From positions 64,001 through 128,000 of the forward strand of contig JAVKIP010000007.1 of NCBI GenBank assembly GCA_031459385.1: DNA of 64,000 nt, given 5' to 3'. The notes under the pieces are model-generated. The model had not been told where the DNA came from, did no database searches, and saw only the letters and a list, made by a program, of their open reading frames with translations. The position numbers and the translations under genes were made by a program. The DNA is from Candidatus Fervidifonticultor secundus (GTDB lineage: Bacteria; Sysuimicrobiota; Sysuimicrobiia; Sysuimicrobiales; Humicultoraceae). This document shows positions 1 through 8,940 of the stretch, one piece after another (position 1 is the stretch's first letter; each line of letters starts with the position of its first letter).

Positions 1-2
1 CG

Positions 3-260
3 CAGGCACGCGCCTTTCACCAGGCCGTGCGCCTCACCGGCATCGTCATCACCAAGCTGGATGGGACGGCCAAAGGCGGCATCGCCGTGGCGATCGCGCA
101 GACGCTGCAGGTGCCCATCGTCTTCATCGGAACCGGCGAGGGCCCCGACGATCTGGCGCCCTTCGATCCGGCGGCCTTCGCCCTGGCCCTGCTGGCCGAC
201 GACGGCGGGGGCGTGGAGCGGCCCGGCATTGACGGCAGGGCCTCGCCCGCGGTACCGTAG
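3..260 (+). CDS. ftsY: Signal recognition particle receptor FtsY, C-terminal part (truncated by window edge)
   Basis: LTGIVITKLDGTAKGG and PIVFIGTGEGPDDL SRP-GTPase motifs; sits upstream of ylxM/ffh. Confidence 0.95.
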   Translation, partial: QARAFHQAVRLTGIVITKLDGTAKGGIAVAIAQTLQVPIVFIGTGEGPDDLAPFDPAAFALALLADDGGGVERPGIDGRASPAVP

Positions 261-273
261 GGAGGATCTCATC

Positions 274-295
274 CGTCAAGGGAATCCACTTTACG
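274..295. promoter_or_regulatory. Imperfect inverted repeat CGTCAAG-N8-CTTTACG upstream of the ylxM-like gene; possible operator
   Basis: AT-richer dyad 13 nt before the ATG at 309; function inferred. Confidence 0.35.
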
Positions 296-308
296 TAGTG
301 AGGACCCG

Positions 309-1169
309 ATGGATCGCGCACTCGCGGGGCGTGACCGTGCCAACCGTCTGCTGGATCGCTACGGCCGCCTGCTGACCACCCGGCAGCGGGAGTTCCTGGT
401 GCGGTACTACCAGGACGACCTCTCGCTGGGTGAGATCGCGACGCAGCTGCACATCTCGCGGCAGGCGGTGCACGACGGCCTGCGGCGGGCCCTGGGCATG
501 CTGGAGCGGTTCGAGGCCGCCCTGGGGCTCGTGGCCGGCGCGCAGCGCGCCGGCACGGAGCACTACTTCTCGCGGACCCCGCGGTCGGCCGCGCAGCCCC
601 GGACCGTGCGCGCGACGCTCCGCGGGCGCCCGTGGGCGTTCCAGGTGGCCCGGGGCGTGTTCGCGCGCCGGGGCGTGGATGCGGGCACCCGCCTGGTGAT
701 CGAGACGATGCAGATCGACCCCACCGACCGGGTGCTCGACCTGGGCTGTGGTTACGGCGCCATTGGCTTGGTGGCCGCAGCGCTAGCGCCCCGGGGCAGC
801 GCGTGGCTGATCGACGCCAACGCGCGTGCCGCGGCGCTGGCCCGCGCCAACGCCGCAGCCAACCACCTGGCCAACGTGGCGGTGCTCGTCGGCGACCGCG
901 CCGCGGCCATCCGGAACGCCTCGATGGACGTCGTGGTCACCAACCCGCCGATCCGCGCGGGCCGGCGCGTGGTGACGGCCTTCATCGATGACGCCCACCG
1001 TGTGCTCCGGCCGGGCGGGCGCTTCTACCTGGTGGCGCGCACCGCGCAGGGCGCCAGGACCCTGGCGCGGCTGATCGAGGCGCGGTTCGGCAGCGTGCGG
1101 CAGGCGGCGCTGCGCGCCGGCTACCGCGTCTACGAGGCAAGGCGCGGCCCGGAGCCCGCGGGTGTTTGA
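309..1169 (+). CDS. YlxM-family HTH protein fused to an RsmC/YbxB-like class I SAM methyltransferase
   Basis: N-term LLDRYGRLLTTRQREFLVRYYQDDLSLGEIA...SRQAVHD (YlxM); then EHYFS...GVF...VDAGTRL, VLDLGCGYG, TNPP (small MTase); no stop codon between the two. Confidence 0.85.
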   Translation: MDRALAGRDRANRLLDRYGRLLTTRQREFLVRYYQDDLSLGEIATQLHISRQAVHDGLRRALGMLERFEAALGLVAGAQRAGTEHYFSRTPRSAAQPRTVRATLRGRPWAFQVARGVFARRGVDAGTRLVIETMQIDPTDRVLDLGCGYGAIGLVAAALAPRGSAWLIDANARAAALARANAAANHLANVAVLVGDRAAAIRNASMDVVVTNPPIRAGRRVVTAFIDDAHRVLRPGGRFYLVARTAQGARTLARLIEARFGSVRQAALRAGYRVYEARRGPEPAGV

Positions 1170-2490
1170 GGGGCTGCAGCAGCGTCTGGGCGAGATCGTC
1201 CGCAGGCTGACGGGCCGCGGTGTGCTCTCGGCCGAGGACGTCGACGCCGCACTGCGCGAGGTGCGCCTGGCGCTCCTGGAGGCCGACGTCCACTTCAAGG
1301 TCGTGCGCGACTTCACCGCCCGTCTGCGCGAGGCAGCGGTGGGGCAGGAGGTCTGGAAGCACCTCAACCCCGGCCAGCAGGTCGTCAAGCTCGTCCACGC
1401 CGAGCTCACCCGTCTGCTGGGCGGCGGCGCCCGCGAGCTCCGCTTCGCGCCCGCGCCGCCGTCCGTGGTGCTGCTGGTGGGGCTGAACGGCGTCGGCAAG
1501 ACCACCTCGGCGGCCAAGCTCGCCCGGTGGCTGCGGCGGCGGGGCAAGATGCCCCTGCTGGTGGCCACCGACCTCAAGCGCCCCGCGGCGATCGAGCAGC
1601 TGCGCGTGGTCGGCGCGGCGGTGGGCGTGCCGGTCTTCGCGCAGGACGACGCGCTCGACCCCCTCGCCGTAGCCCGCGCCGCCGTGGCGCACGCCCGCGA
1701 GGCGGGGAGCGACGTCGTGGTGGTGGACTCCGCCGGGCGCCAGCACGCCGACGAGGAGCTCATGGCCGAACTGAGCGCAATGCACGCAGCCCTGCGCCCG
1801 CAGGAGACCCTGCTGGTCCTGGACGCCATGGCCGGGCAGGACGCCGTGACGATGGCCGAGCGCTTCGCGTCGCGCCTGCCCATCGACGGGCTGATCCTCA
1901 CCAAGCTCGACGGCGACGCCCGCGGCGGTGCCGCGCTGTCGGTGGTGGCGACCCTGGGGCGGCCGATCCTGTTCGTCGGGGCCGGCGAGAAGCTCGATGC
2001 CCTGGAGCCCTTCCACCCCGACCGCATGGCGGGACGCATTCTGGGCATGGGTGACGTCCTCACGCTCATCGAGAAGGCTGAGGCCACGGTCTCGGCGGAG
2101 CGTGCCGCCGAGCTCGAGCGCAGGCTGCGCCGCGCGCGGTTCACGTTCGAGGACTTCCTTGAGCAGCTGAAGCAGGTGCGCCAGATGGGCCCGCTCGACC
2201 AGTTGCTGGAGATGATCCCGGGCTTTGCCCGCGCGCGGGCGGTGGGGCTCTCGGTGGACGAGCGTCAGCTCCGGCGCGTCGAGGCCATGATCCAATCCAT
2301 GACGCCCGCCGAGCGCGCGGACCCGGCTCTGATCGACGGCAGCCGGCGCCGGCGGATCGCGCGGGGCAGCGGGACCACGGTCCAGGACGTGAACCGGCTC
2401 TTGAAGCAGTTCGAGGAGACCCGGCGCCTGCTGCGTCACGTGGACGAGCGGGGCCGCAGCGGTCGCGGGTTGCCGTTCCCGCCCCGCTGA
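1162..2490 (+). CDS. ffh: Signal recognition particle protein Ffh
   Basis: GLNGVGKTT, DSAGR, TKLDGDARGGAALS, RILGMGD; M domain SRRRRIARGSG. Confidence 0.98.
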   Translation: MFEGLQQRLGEIVRRLTGRGVLSAEDVDAALREVRLALLEADVHFKVVRDFTARLREAAVGQEVWKHLNPGQQVVKLVHAELTRLLGGGARELRFAPAPPSVVLLVGLNGVGKTTSAAKLARWLRRRGKMPLLVATDLKRPAAIEQLRVVGAAVGVPVFAQDDALDPLAVARAAVAHAREAGSDVVVVDSAGRQHADEELMAELSAMHAALRPQETLLVLDAMAGQDAVTMAERFASRLPIDGLILTKLDGDARGGAALSVVATLGRPILFVGAGEKLDALEPFHPDRMAGRILGMGDVLTLIEKAEATVSAERAAELERRLRRARFTFEDFLEQLKQVRQMGPLDQLLEMIPGFARARAVGLSVDERQLRRVEAMIQSMTPAERADPALIDGSRRRRIARGSGTTVQDVNRLLKQFEETRRLLRHVDERGRSGRGLPFPPR

Positions 2491-2580
2491 CCGCACGGGG
2501 AGTTCGGGCCGCCGCGCTGGCTCAGGCTCGCGGTATCCCCGGAGCGCACGCGCAGAGCGCATGCTGCGAGGAGGCAGACG

Positions 2581-2856
2581 ATGGCCGTCAAGATCCGCCT
2601 GATGCGCATGGGAGCCAAGCACCAGCCTGTCTACCGGGTGGTGGTGGCCGACTCCCGGACGCCCCGTGGGGGCAAGTACCTCGAGGCGCTGGGCTACTAC
2701 AACCCGCGCACCGAGCCCTCCACGATCCGGCTCGACGAGGACCGGGTGCGCCGGTGGTTGGACCGGGGCGCTCGCCCCTCCCAGGCCGCGCGGGTGCTGC
2801 TGGAGAAGACCGGCATCCTGCGGCGCTGGGAGGCGGGCCGCTCGCAGCCCGCGTAG
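2581..2856 (+). CDS. rpsP: 30S ribosomal protein S16
   Basis: [40 protein letters not shown]. Confidence 0.98.
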   Translation: MAVKIRLMRMGAKHQPVYRVVVADSRTPRGGKYLEALGYYNPRTEPSTIRLDEDRVRRWLDRGARPSQAARVLLEKTGILRRWEAGRSQPA

Positions 2857-2866
2857 GGGCCGGGAC

Positions 2867-3169
2867 GTGGCCGCGGCGGACGTGCGGGCGCTCGTCGAGT
2901 ACGTCGTCCGCGGGCTCGTGAGCCAGCCCGCGGCCGTGCGCGTTGAGGCCACTGCGCGCGAGCGTGTGCTGGTCGTGGAGGTGCGGGTCGCGCCGGAGGA
3001 CGTCGGCAAGGTGATCGGGCGCCGCGGCCGGGTGATCGGCGCGCTGCGCACGGTGGCCCGGACCGCGGCGGCGCGGGCCGGCCGCCGCGTGCACGTGGAG
3101 ATCGTCCCGTACCCCCCCATCCAAGGAGGAGCGCATGAGCATTACCCTCGTCCGGCCGGTGGTCGTTAA
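2867..3169 (+). CDS. khpA: KH-domain RNA-binding protein KhpA (YlqC)
   Basis: GTG start; EDVGKVIGRRGRVIGALRTV KH motif; conserved position after rpsP; 3' end overlaps ylqD by 35 nt. Confidence 0.9.
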   Translation: MAAADVRALVEYVVRGLVSQPAAVRVEATARERVLVVEVRVAPEDVGKVIGRRGRVIGALRTVARTAAARAGRRVHVEIVPYPPIQGGAHEHYPRPAGGR

Positions 3170-3539
3170 GGCCATCGTCACCGAGTCGTTCAAGCGCCAG
3201 TATCTCAGCGAGCTCGAGGACATGATCCGGCGCCTCGACGCCGTGATCGGGCAGATCGACACCCAGATCCGGCGCGCGGAGCTCGAGCGGCAGATCACGC
3301 CGCAGTCGCGGGCGATCCGCCAGCAGCTGGAGCTGGAGCGGTCGCGCCAGGAAGCGGCGCGCGCCGAGCTGAGCGCGCGGGTGCGCGAGGCCGAGGCGCT
3401 GGAGCTCCACTCGGAGTTCTCCCAGGGCACGGTGGAGAGCCTGGTCGAGGTGAACATCGGCGACAACTTCTTCTCGCGGCTTGCGCGCACCGAGATCGTC
3501 ATCAAGGATGGGATCGTCATCGAGATCCGCGAGGGGTAG
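3135..3539 (+). CDS. ylqD: YlqD family protein
   Basis: MSITLVRPVVVKAIVTE...QGTVES.VEV.IGD...EIVIKDG pattern; AGGAGG SD; between khpA and rimM. Confidence 0.85.
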   Translation: MSITLVRPVVVKAIVTESFKRQYLSELEDMIRRLDAVIGQIDTQIRRAELERQITPQSRAIRQQLELERSRQEAARAELSARVREAEALELHSEFSQGTVESLVEVNIGDNFFSRLARTEIVIKDGIVIEIREG

Positions 3540-4068
3540 GCCCGCGGGCGCGCCGCCCGCGCCGCCGGCATGGATCGTCGTTGGCAGGATCGTCCGGCCA
3601 CACGGGGTGCGGGGCGAGGTGCGGGTGCGGCCCGAGACGGACTTCCCTGAGCGCCTGGCCGGCCGCCGCCGGGTGCACCTGCGTCGGGAGGGCGCCCTCA
3701 GCCCCGTGGAGATTACCGGGGTGCGCCCGCACGGCGCGGCGCTGCTGGTGACGCTGCGGGGGGTGGACAGTCTCGAGGCTGCCGAGCGCCTGCGGGGGGC
3801 GGAGCTCGTCGTCGCGCGGCGCACGCTGCCGCGGCTGGGGCCGAACGAGTTCTACCTGTTCGAGATCATCGGCCTGCGGGCGCGGACCGAGGACGGGCGG
3901 CTGCTCGGCGTGGTGGCCGAAGTGGTGCGGGGGCCCGCGCACGACGTCTACGTCGTGCGCGGCGAGGCCGGCGAGGTGCTGGTGCCGGCGCTCCGCGAGG
4001 TCGTGCGGCGGGTCGACCGTGCCGCCGGCGAACTGGTCGTCCGCCTGCCCGCTGGCTTGGAGGCGTAG
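3508..4068 (+). CDS. rimM: Ribosome maturation factor RimM (start uncertain)
   Basis: [38 protein letters not shown]; the nearest in-frame ATG lies inside the ylqD 3' end. Confidence 0.92.
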   Translation: MGSSSRSARGRPAGAPPAPPAWIVVGRIVRPHGVRGEVRVRPETDFPERLAGRRRVHLRREGALSPVEITGVRPHGAALLVTLRGVDSLEAAERLRGAELVVARRTLPRLGPNEFYLFEIIGLRARTEDGRLLGVVAEVVRGPAHDVYVVRGEAGEVLVPALREVVRRVDRAAGELVVRLPAGLEA

Positions 4069-4069
4069 G

Positions 4070-4816
4070 GTGCGGATCGACATCGTCACGATCTTCCCCG
4101 AGGCCATTCGGCCCGCGCTGGAGGTGTCGCTGTTGGGGCGGGCGCGGCAGCGAGGCCTGCTGGCCATCGCTGTCCACGATCTGCGCGACTACACCACCGA
4201 CCGACACCGTCAGGTCGACGACGTCCCCTACGGCGGCGGGCCCGGGATGGTGATGAAGCCCGAACCGTTCTTCGCGGCGGTCGAGGCCCTGACCCCGCCG
4301 GCGGGGCCGCGGCCGCGCGTGCTGCTGACCTCGCCCCAGGGCCGGCGTTTCGACCAGCGGATGGCCGAGGAGCTGAGCCGCGCAGAGCACCTGATCATCC
4401 TGTGCGGCCGCTACGAAGGCGTGGACGAGCGGGTGGTCACCGGGCTGCCCGCCGAGGAGATCTCGATCGGCGACTACGTGCTCGCCGGCGGCGAGCTGGC
4501 GGCGCTGGTCATCGTGGACGCCACCGTGCGACTGCTCCCCGGTGTGGTGGGGGACGCGCAGTCGGTCGCTGCCGACTCCTTCACCGGCGGGCTGCTGGAC
4601 TACCCGCACTACACGCGACCTGCGGAGTTCCGGGGACTGCGCGTGCCCGAGGTCCTGCTCCGCGGCCACCATGCCGAGATCCGCCGCTGGCGTCGCCGCG
4701 AGCAGCTGCGCCGCACCCTGCAGCGCCGGCCCGACCTGCTGGCGCAGGCGGTGCTCAGTGACGAGGACCGGGCGCTGCTGGCCGAGGTCCAGGCCGAGGA
4801 GGCGCGCGGTCGGTAG
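4070..4816 (+). CDS. trmD: tRNA (guanine-N1)-methyltransferase
   Basis: [51 protein letters not shown]. Confidence 0.98.
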   Translation: MRIDIVTIFPEAIRPALEVSLLGRARQRGLLAIAVHDLRDYTTDRHRQVDDVPYGGGPGMVMKPEPFFAAVEALTPPAGPRPRVLLTSPQGRRFDQRMAEELSRAEHLIILCGRYEGVDERVVTGLPAEEISIGDYVLAGGELAALVIVDATVRLLPGVVGDAQSVAADSFTGGLLDYPHYTRPAEFRGLRVPEVLLRGHHAEIRRWRRREQLRRTLQRRPDLLAQAVLSDEDRALLAEVQAEEARGR

Positions 4817-4881
4817 CCCGGCGGTGCTTCCGCCGCTGGCGCGGTGGTGCGTGTCCTGCGGCCGGCTGCCGCCGCCCGCGC

Positions 4882-4911
4882 TTGGCCCGGGGCCGCGGGC
4901 TGTGCTAGAAT
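4882..4911 (+). promoter_or_regulatory. Sigma70-type promoter for rplS
   Basis: TTGGCC-N18-TAGAAT with extended -10 TG (TGCTAGAAT). Confidence 0.5.
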
Positions 4912-4961
4912 GCACAATCGTGACCGGCGCCGCCTTGCGGCCGGACGAGGAGACCACAGCC

Positions 4962-5303
4962 ATGGACAGGGTGAAGGCCGTCGAGGCCGCGTTCCTCAAG
5001 AAGCAGGTCCCCGACTTCCGCCCCGGCGACACCGTCCGGGTGCACGTCAAGGTCACCGAAGGCGGCCGCGAGCGGCTGCAGATGTTCGAGGGCACCGTCA
5101 TCGCCCGCCGCGGCGGCGGCACCGGGGCCACGTTCACCGTGCGGCGCATCAGCCACGGCATAGGGGTCGAGCGCATCTTCCCGCTGCACTCGCCGCGCGT
5201 GGAGAAGATCGACGTCGTCCGCCGTGGTCGCGTCCGGCGGGCCAAGCTGCACTATCTTCGGGGCAAGGTGGGGAAGGAGACCCGCATCAAGGAGCAGCGG
5301 TAG
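4962..5303 (+). CDS. rplS: 50S ribosomal protein L19
   Basis: [49 protein letters not shown]. Confidence 0.98.
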   Translation: MDRVKAVEAAFLKKQVPDFRPGDTVRVHVKVTEGGRERLQMFEGTVIARRGGGTGATFTVRRISHGIGVERIFPLHSPRVEKIDVVRRGRVRRAKLHYLRGKVGKETRIKEQR

Positions 5304-5321
5304 GACGCTGCCCCATCGCGC

Positions 5322-5975
5322 ATGACTCGCGACATCCTGACGGTCGTCGAGCGACTGCCGTTCGGTATCCCAACCTTCATCGTGCTGCTCGCAGCCGGCC
5401 TGCTGGTGCTGCGCACGGTGGTCCGGCGGAGTTACCGCTTGCCGCCGGCGGTGCGCCTCTCCATCGTCGAAACGCTGGACGCCACGATCTTCGCGGCCTT
5501 GCTGTCGCTGGTCATCATCGTCTTCGTCGTCCAGGCGTTCTTCATCCCGTCGGGGTCCATGGAGCCCACGCTGCGGGTGGGCGACCGGATCCTCGTCGGC
5601 AAGTTCGCCTACCGCTTCTGGGACGTCCAGCGTGGCGATATCATCGTCTTCCGGTACCCGCTCAATCCCAACAAAGACTTCGTCAAGCGTGTCGTCGGGC
5701 TGCCCGGCGAGCGCATCGAGATGAAGGAGGGCCTGGTGCGAATCAACGGCCGGACGCTGTCGGAAGTCTACCCGACGGCGCTACCGGGCGGCGACCGGGC
5801 GTGTGCCAGCACCTACGGCCCCGAGGTCGTCCCGCCCGGGCACGTCTTCGTACTGGGCGATAACCGCTGTAACAGCGAGGACAGTCGCTTCTTCGGCTTC
5901 GTGCCCGTGAAGAACATCGTGGGCCGGGCGCTGGTGGTCTACTGGCCGCCCGACCGGATCGGGCTCGTCCGGTGA
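5322..5975 (+). CDS. lepB: Signal peptidase I
   Basis: IPSGSMEPTL, FVKRVVGLPG, LGDNRCNSEDSRFFG; two N-terminal hydrophobic segments. Confidence 0.96.
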   Translation: MTRDILTVVERLPFGIPTFIVLLAAGLLVLRTVVRRSYRLPPAVRLSIVETLDATIFAALLSLVIIVFVVQAFFIPSGSMEPTLRVGDRILVGKFAYRFWDVQRGDIIVFRYPLNPNKDFVKRVVGLPGERIEMKEGLVRINGRTLSEVYPTALPGGDRACASTYGPEVVPPGHVFVLGDNRCNSEDSRFFGFVPVKNIVGRALVVYWPPDRIGLVR

Positions 5976-5981
5976 GGCGCC

Positions 5982-6818
5982 ATGGCCCGGCGGGCCGCTG
6001 ACCGGCCGCCCGACCACGGTTCCCGGCCGACGCTCGCGGCGCTCGCCGCAGCCCTGCAGGCGGGTGTCTTGTCGGTGGCCGACCTCGCCCGCGACCCGCG
6101 GGCGGGCGCGCGGCAGCTGGCCGCGCAGTGGGCGCGGCGCCAGGTCCGCGCCCAAGCCGAGCGGGCGCGGCTGCGGGCGCTGTTCGCGCACGAGCGGGCA
6201 GCCTGGGCGGCGGGGCTCGCACCGGTCGCGGGCCTGGACGAGGCCGGCCGCGGCCCACTGGCCGGCCCGGTGGTGGCCGCCGCCGTCGTGTTCTCCGAGG
6301 AAGTGGCCGTCCCCGGGTTGCGCGACTCCAAGCGTCTGCCGCCAGAGGGCCGTCTGGCGGTCTACGAGCGGCTGCTACGCTGCGGTGCCGCGGTCGGAAT
6401 CGGGGTGGCCGGGGTAGACGAGATCGACCGGCTGAACATCCTGGGCGCCACGGCCCTGGCCTGGACCCGCGCGCTGGCCGGACTGCCCGCGACACCGGCT
6501 CTGGTGCTCATCGACGGACACCTGCGGGCGCCAGTGACGATTGCGCAGCGGCCGATCGTGAAGGGCGACGCGCAGTGCGCGTCGATCGCGGCCGCGTCGA
6601 TCGTGGCCAAGGTAACGCGCGACCGGCTGATGCGCGACCTGGACCAGCGCTTCCCGCAGTACGGGTTCGCCCGCCATAAAGGGTACGCGACCGCCGCGCA
6701 CCTGGCGGCCCTGCGCCGCCACGGCCCCTGCCCGGCACACCGCCGGGCGTTCCTGCCCGCTGACCTGCAGCAGGAGGCGCTATGGCCGGCGCCCCGGGCG
6801 CGGGAGGGCGCGCGGTGA
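5982..6818 (+). CDS. rnhB: Ribonuclease HII
   Basis: GLDEAGRGPLAGPVVAAAV, DSKRL, KGDA..ASIAAASIVAKVTRD, HKGYAT. Confidence 0.97.
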   Translation: MARRAADRPPDHGSRPTLAALAAALQAGVLSVADLARDPRAGARQLAAQWARRQVRAQAERARLRALFAHERAAWAAGLAPVAGLDEAGRGPLAGPVVAAAVVFSEEVAVPGLRDSKRLPPEGRLAVYERLLRCGAAVGIGVAGVDEIDRLNILGATALAWTRALAGLPATPALVLIDGHLRAPVTIAQRPIVKGDAQCASIAAASIVAKVTRDRLMRDLDQRFPQYGFARHKGYATAAHLAALRRHGPCPAHRRAFLPADLQQEALWPAPRAREGAR

Positions 6819-6851
6819 GCCCGCGGTGCCACGATCTTGCGGCGCTGGCTG

Positions 6852-6994
6852 TTACGCGGGCGTGAGGTCCAGGGCCTCGACGACCCGCACGAACGGAATC
6901 TGGGCCGCCCGGTTGACCTCCTCGACCGGCGAGGGTCGGGCGCCTCGAACAGACACATGACGTGCGCCTCACCGCGCACGAAGGTGTTCTCGAG
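6852..6994 (-). pseudogene. DUF4242-like (SCO4226-type) protein remnant
   Basis: LENTFVRGEAHVMCLFEAPDP, then a 1-nt frameshift near 6925 into VEEVNRAAQIPFVRVVEALDLTPA*; in-frame TGA immediately upstream, so the N-terminus is missing. Confidence 0.6.
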
Positions 6995-7011
6995 TCAGGA
7001 CACGAGTAGGC

Positions 7012-7914
7012 TCACGCGCGCCGGCCGCGCAGCCGGGGATCCAGCAGGTCGCGCAGCGCGTCGCCCACGAACATGAAAGCCGCCACCGTTGCGCCGATGG
7101 CCAGGCCCGGCGCGATGGGCACCCACCAGGCCGTCAGCAGGAACTGGCGGCCCTGGGCCACCATGAACCCCCACTCGGGCAGCGGTGGCTTCGCGCCCAG
7201 ACCTACGAAGCTCAGGCTGGCGGTGATCAGGATGGCGTTGCCGGCATCGGTGGCCAGCTGCACCAGCAGGGGCGCCAGGCAGTTGGGCAGCAGGTGGCGG
7301 CCCAGCACCCGGGCCTCGCCCGCCCCCAGCGCTCGCGCCGCCTCGACGTAGGGGAGGTGCGCCAGGGCCAGCACCTGGCCCCGCATCAGCCGCGCGTACC
7401 GCGGCCACCAGGCGATCCCCACGGCCAGGACCGCGTTGGCCAGGCTGGCGCCCAGCGCCGCCACGATGGCCATGGCCAGCAGGAACGACGGGAACGCCAG
7501 GAAGATGTCGGCGGTGCGCATGATGGCCTCGTCGAGGAGGCCACCGCGATAGCCGGCCACGATCCCCAGCGGCACGCCCAGGGCGCACGCCACGGCCAGC
7601 ACGAACCCCGCCACGGCCAGGGAGACCCGCGCTCCCACCATCACGCGGCTCAGCACGTCGCGGCCAAGGTCGTCGGTGCCGAACGGGTGCGCTGCGCCGG
7701 GAGGCTGGAAGCGCTGCTCGACGGCGATGGCGTAGGGGTCGCGCGGCAGGTAGACGGTGCTGAGCAGCGCCACCGCGCCGATGGCGCCCAGCAGCAGCAG
7801 GCCGGCCACCGCGCCGGCGTTGGCCCGCAGGCGCCGCCACAGGCCCGCACGCCGGCGGGCCGTTGCGGGCCAGGCGGCCGGCAGGGCGAGGGCGGAAGCA
7901 GACAGGCGGCGCAC
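7012..7914 (-). CDS. Peptide/nickel-family ABC permease, DppC/OppC-like
   Basis: HPFGTDDLGRDVLSR, YVEAARALGA (EAA loop), LSFVGLG..PP.PEWG. Confidence 0.95.
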   Translation of the reverse strand: MRRLSASALALPAAWPATARRRAGLWRRLRANAGAVAGLLLLGAIGAVALLSTVYLPRDPYAIAVEQRFQPPGAAHPFGTDDLGRDVLSRVMVGARVSLAVAGFVLAVACALGVPLGIVAGYRGGLLDEAIMRTADIFLAFPSFLLAMAIVAALGASLANAVLAVGIAWWPRYARLMRGQVLALAHLPYVEAARALGAGEARVLGRHLLPNCLAPLLVQLATDAGNAILITASLSFVGLGAKPPLPEWGFMVAQGRQFLLTAWWVPIAPGLAIGATVAAFMFVGDALRDLLDPRLRGRRA

Positions 7915-7921
7915 GGCGCGG

Positions 7922-8929
7922 TCAGTACTGGATGCGGGGATCGAGGGCCAGGTAGGCCAGGTCCACCAGGAAGTTCACCACGACGTAGACCAGCGAGAAC
8001 AGCAGCGTGATCCCCATGATCGGCTGGAAGTCGAGGCCCAGGATCGCGCGGACCGCGTACGAGCCGATGCCCGGCCACGAGAAGATGTACTCCACCAGGA
8101 ACACGTAGGCGATGAGCGCGGCGGTCTGCAGCCCGACCACCGTCACCACCGGGATCATGGCGTTCCGCAGGGCGTGGTGGACCAGCACCCGGCCCGCGCC
8201 GAGCCCCTTGGCGCGCGCGGTGCGGACGTAGTCGGCGGTCAGCACCTCGAGCATGCTGCTGCGGGTCATGCGCGTGATGACCGCCAGATTGGCCACGGCC
8301 AGGGTCGCCGCCGGCAGGGCCAGGTGGTGCAGGGCCGAGGCGAAGGCGGGCCAGTTGCCAGCCAGCACGCTGTCTACCAGCAGGAGCCCGGTCACCACCG
8401 CAGGCCGCGCCACGGCGTCGCTCAGCCGGCCTCCCGAGGGGAACCACCGCAGCTCTTTGTAGAACACCAGCTGGAAGAGCAGGGCCACGATGAAGACCGG
8501 CATCGAGACGCCCAGGATGGCGAACGCGCGGGTCGCGGCGTCGGCCAGGCGGCCCGCGCGCACGGCGGTGAACACGCCCAGCGCGATGCCCAGCGGTACG
8601 CACAACGCCAGCGAGACCAGGGCCAGCTCGATGCTGGCCGGCAGGAACGCGGCGATGTCGTCGCGCACCGGCCGCTGGTTCAGGATCGACCGGCCCAGGT
8701 CGCCGCGCAGCACGATGCCGGTCACGTAGCGCAGGTACTGCTCGGGCAGCGGCCGGTCCAGGCCCAGGTCGCGGCGGTACTGTGCGATCTGCTCGGCGGT
8801 GGCGTTGAAGCCGGCGGCGGCCGCGGCGGGGTCGGCCGGGATGATGTGCGAGATGGTGAACGTCAGCAACGACATGCCCCACAGCACGAACGCCAGGCTG
8901 ACCAGCCGCCGGACGAGGTAGGGAAGCAC
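7922..8929 (-). CDS. Peptide/nickel-family ABC permease, DppB/OppB-like
   Basis: YLVRRL, PADPA, LGLDRPLPEQY, GDLGRS, DYVRTARAKGL, HALRNA, FSWPGIG. Confidence 0.95.
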   Translation of the reverse strand: MLPYLVRRLVSLAFVLWGMSLLTFTISHIIPADPAAAAAGFNATAEQIAQYRRDLGLDRPLPEQYLRYVTGIVLRGDLGRSILNQRPVRDDIAAFLPASIELALVSLALCVPLGIALGVFTAVRAGRLADAATRAFAILGVSMPVFIVALLFQLVFYKELRWFPSGGRLSDAVARPAVVTGLLLVDSVLAGNWPAFASALHHLALPAATLAVANLAVITRMTRSSMLEVLTADYVRTARAKGLGAGRVLVHHALRNAMIPVVTVVGLQTAALIAYVFLVEYIFSWPGIGSYAVRAILGLDFQPIMGITLLFSLVYVVVNFLVDLAYLALDPRIQY

Positions 8930-8940
8930 GGCCGTCGGGG

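Noticed and set aside
2491..2580. SRP RNA next to ffh
   Set aside because: The region is GC-rich and foldable but lacks the conserved CAGG...GGAA...AGCAG domain IV motif
4918..4955. L19 leader upstream of rplS
   Set aside because: A small CCGC/GCGG hairpin is present but is too short and GC-rich to call without a covariance-model search
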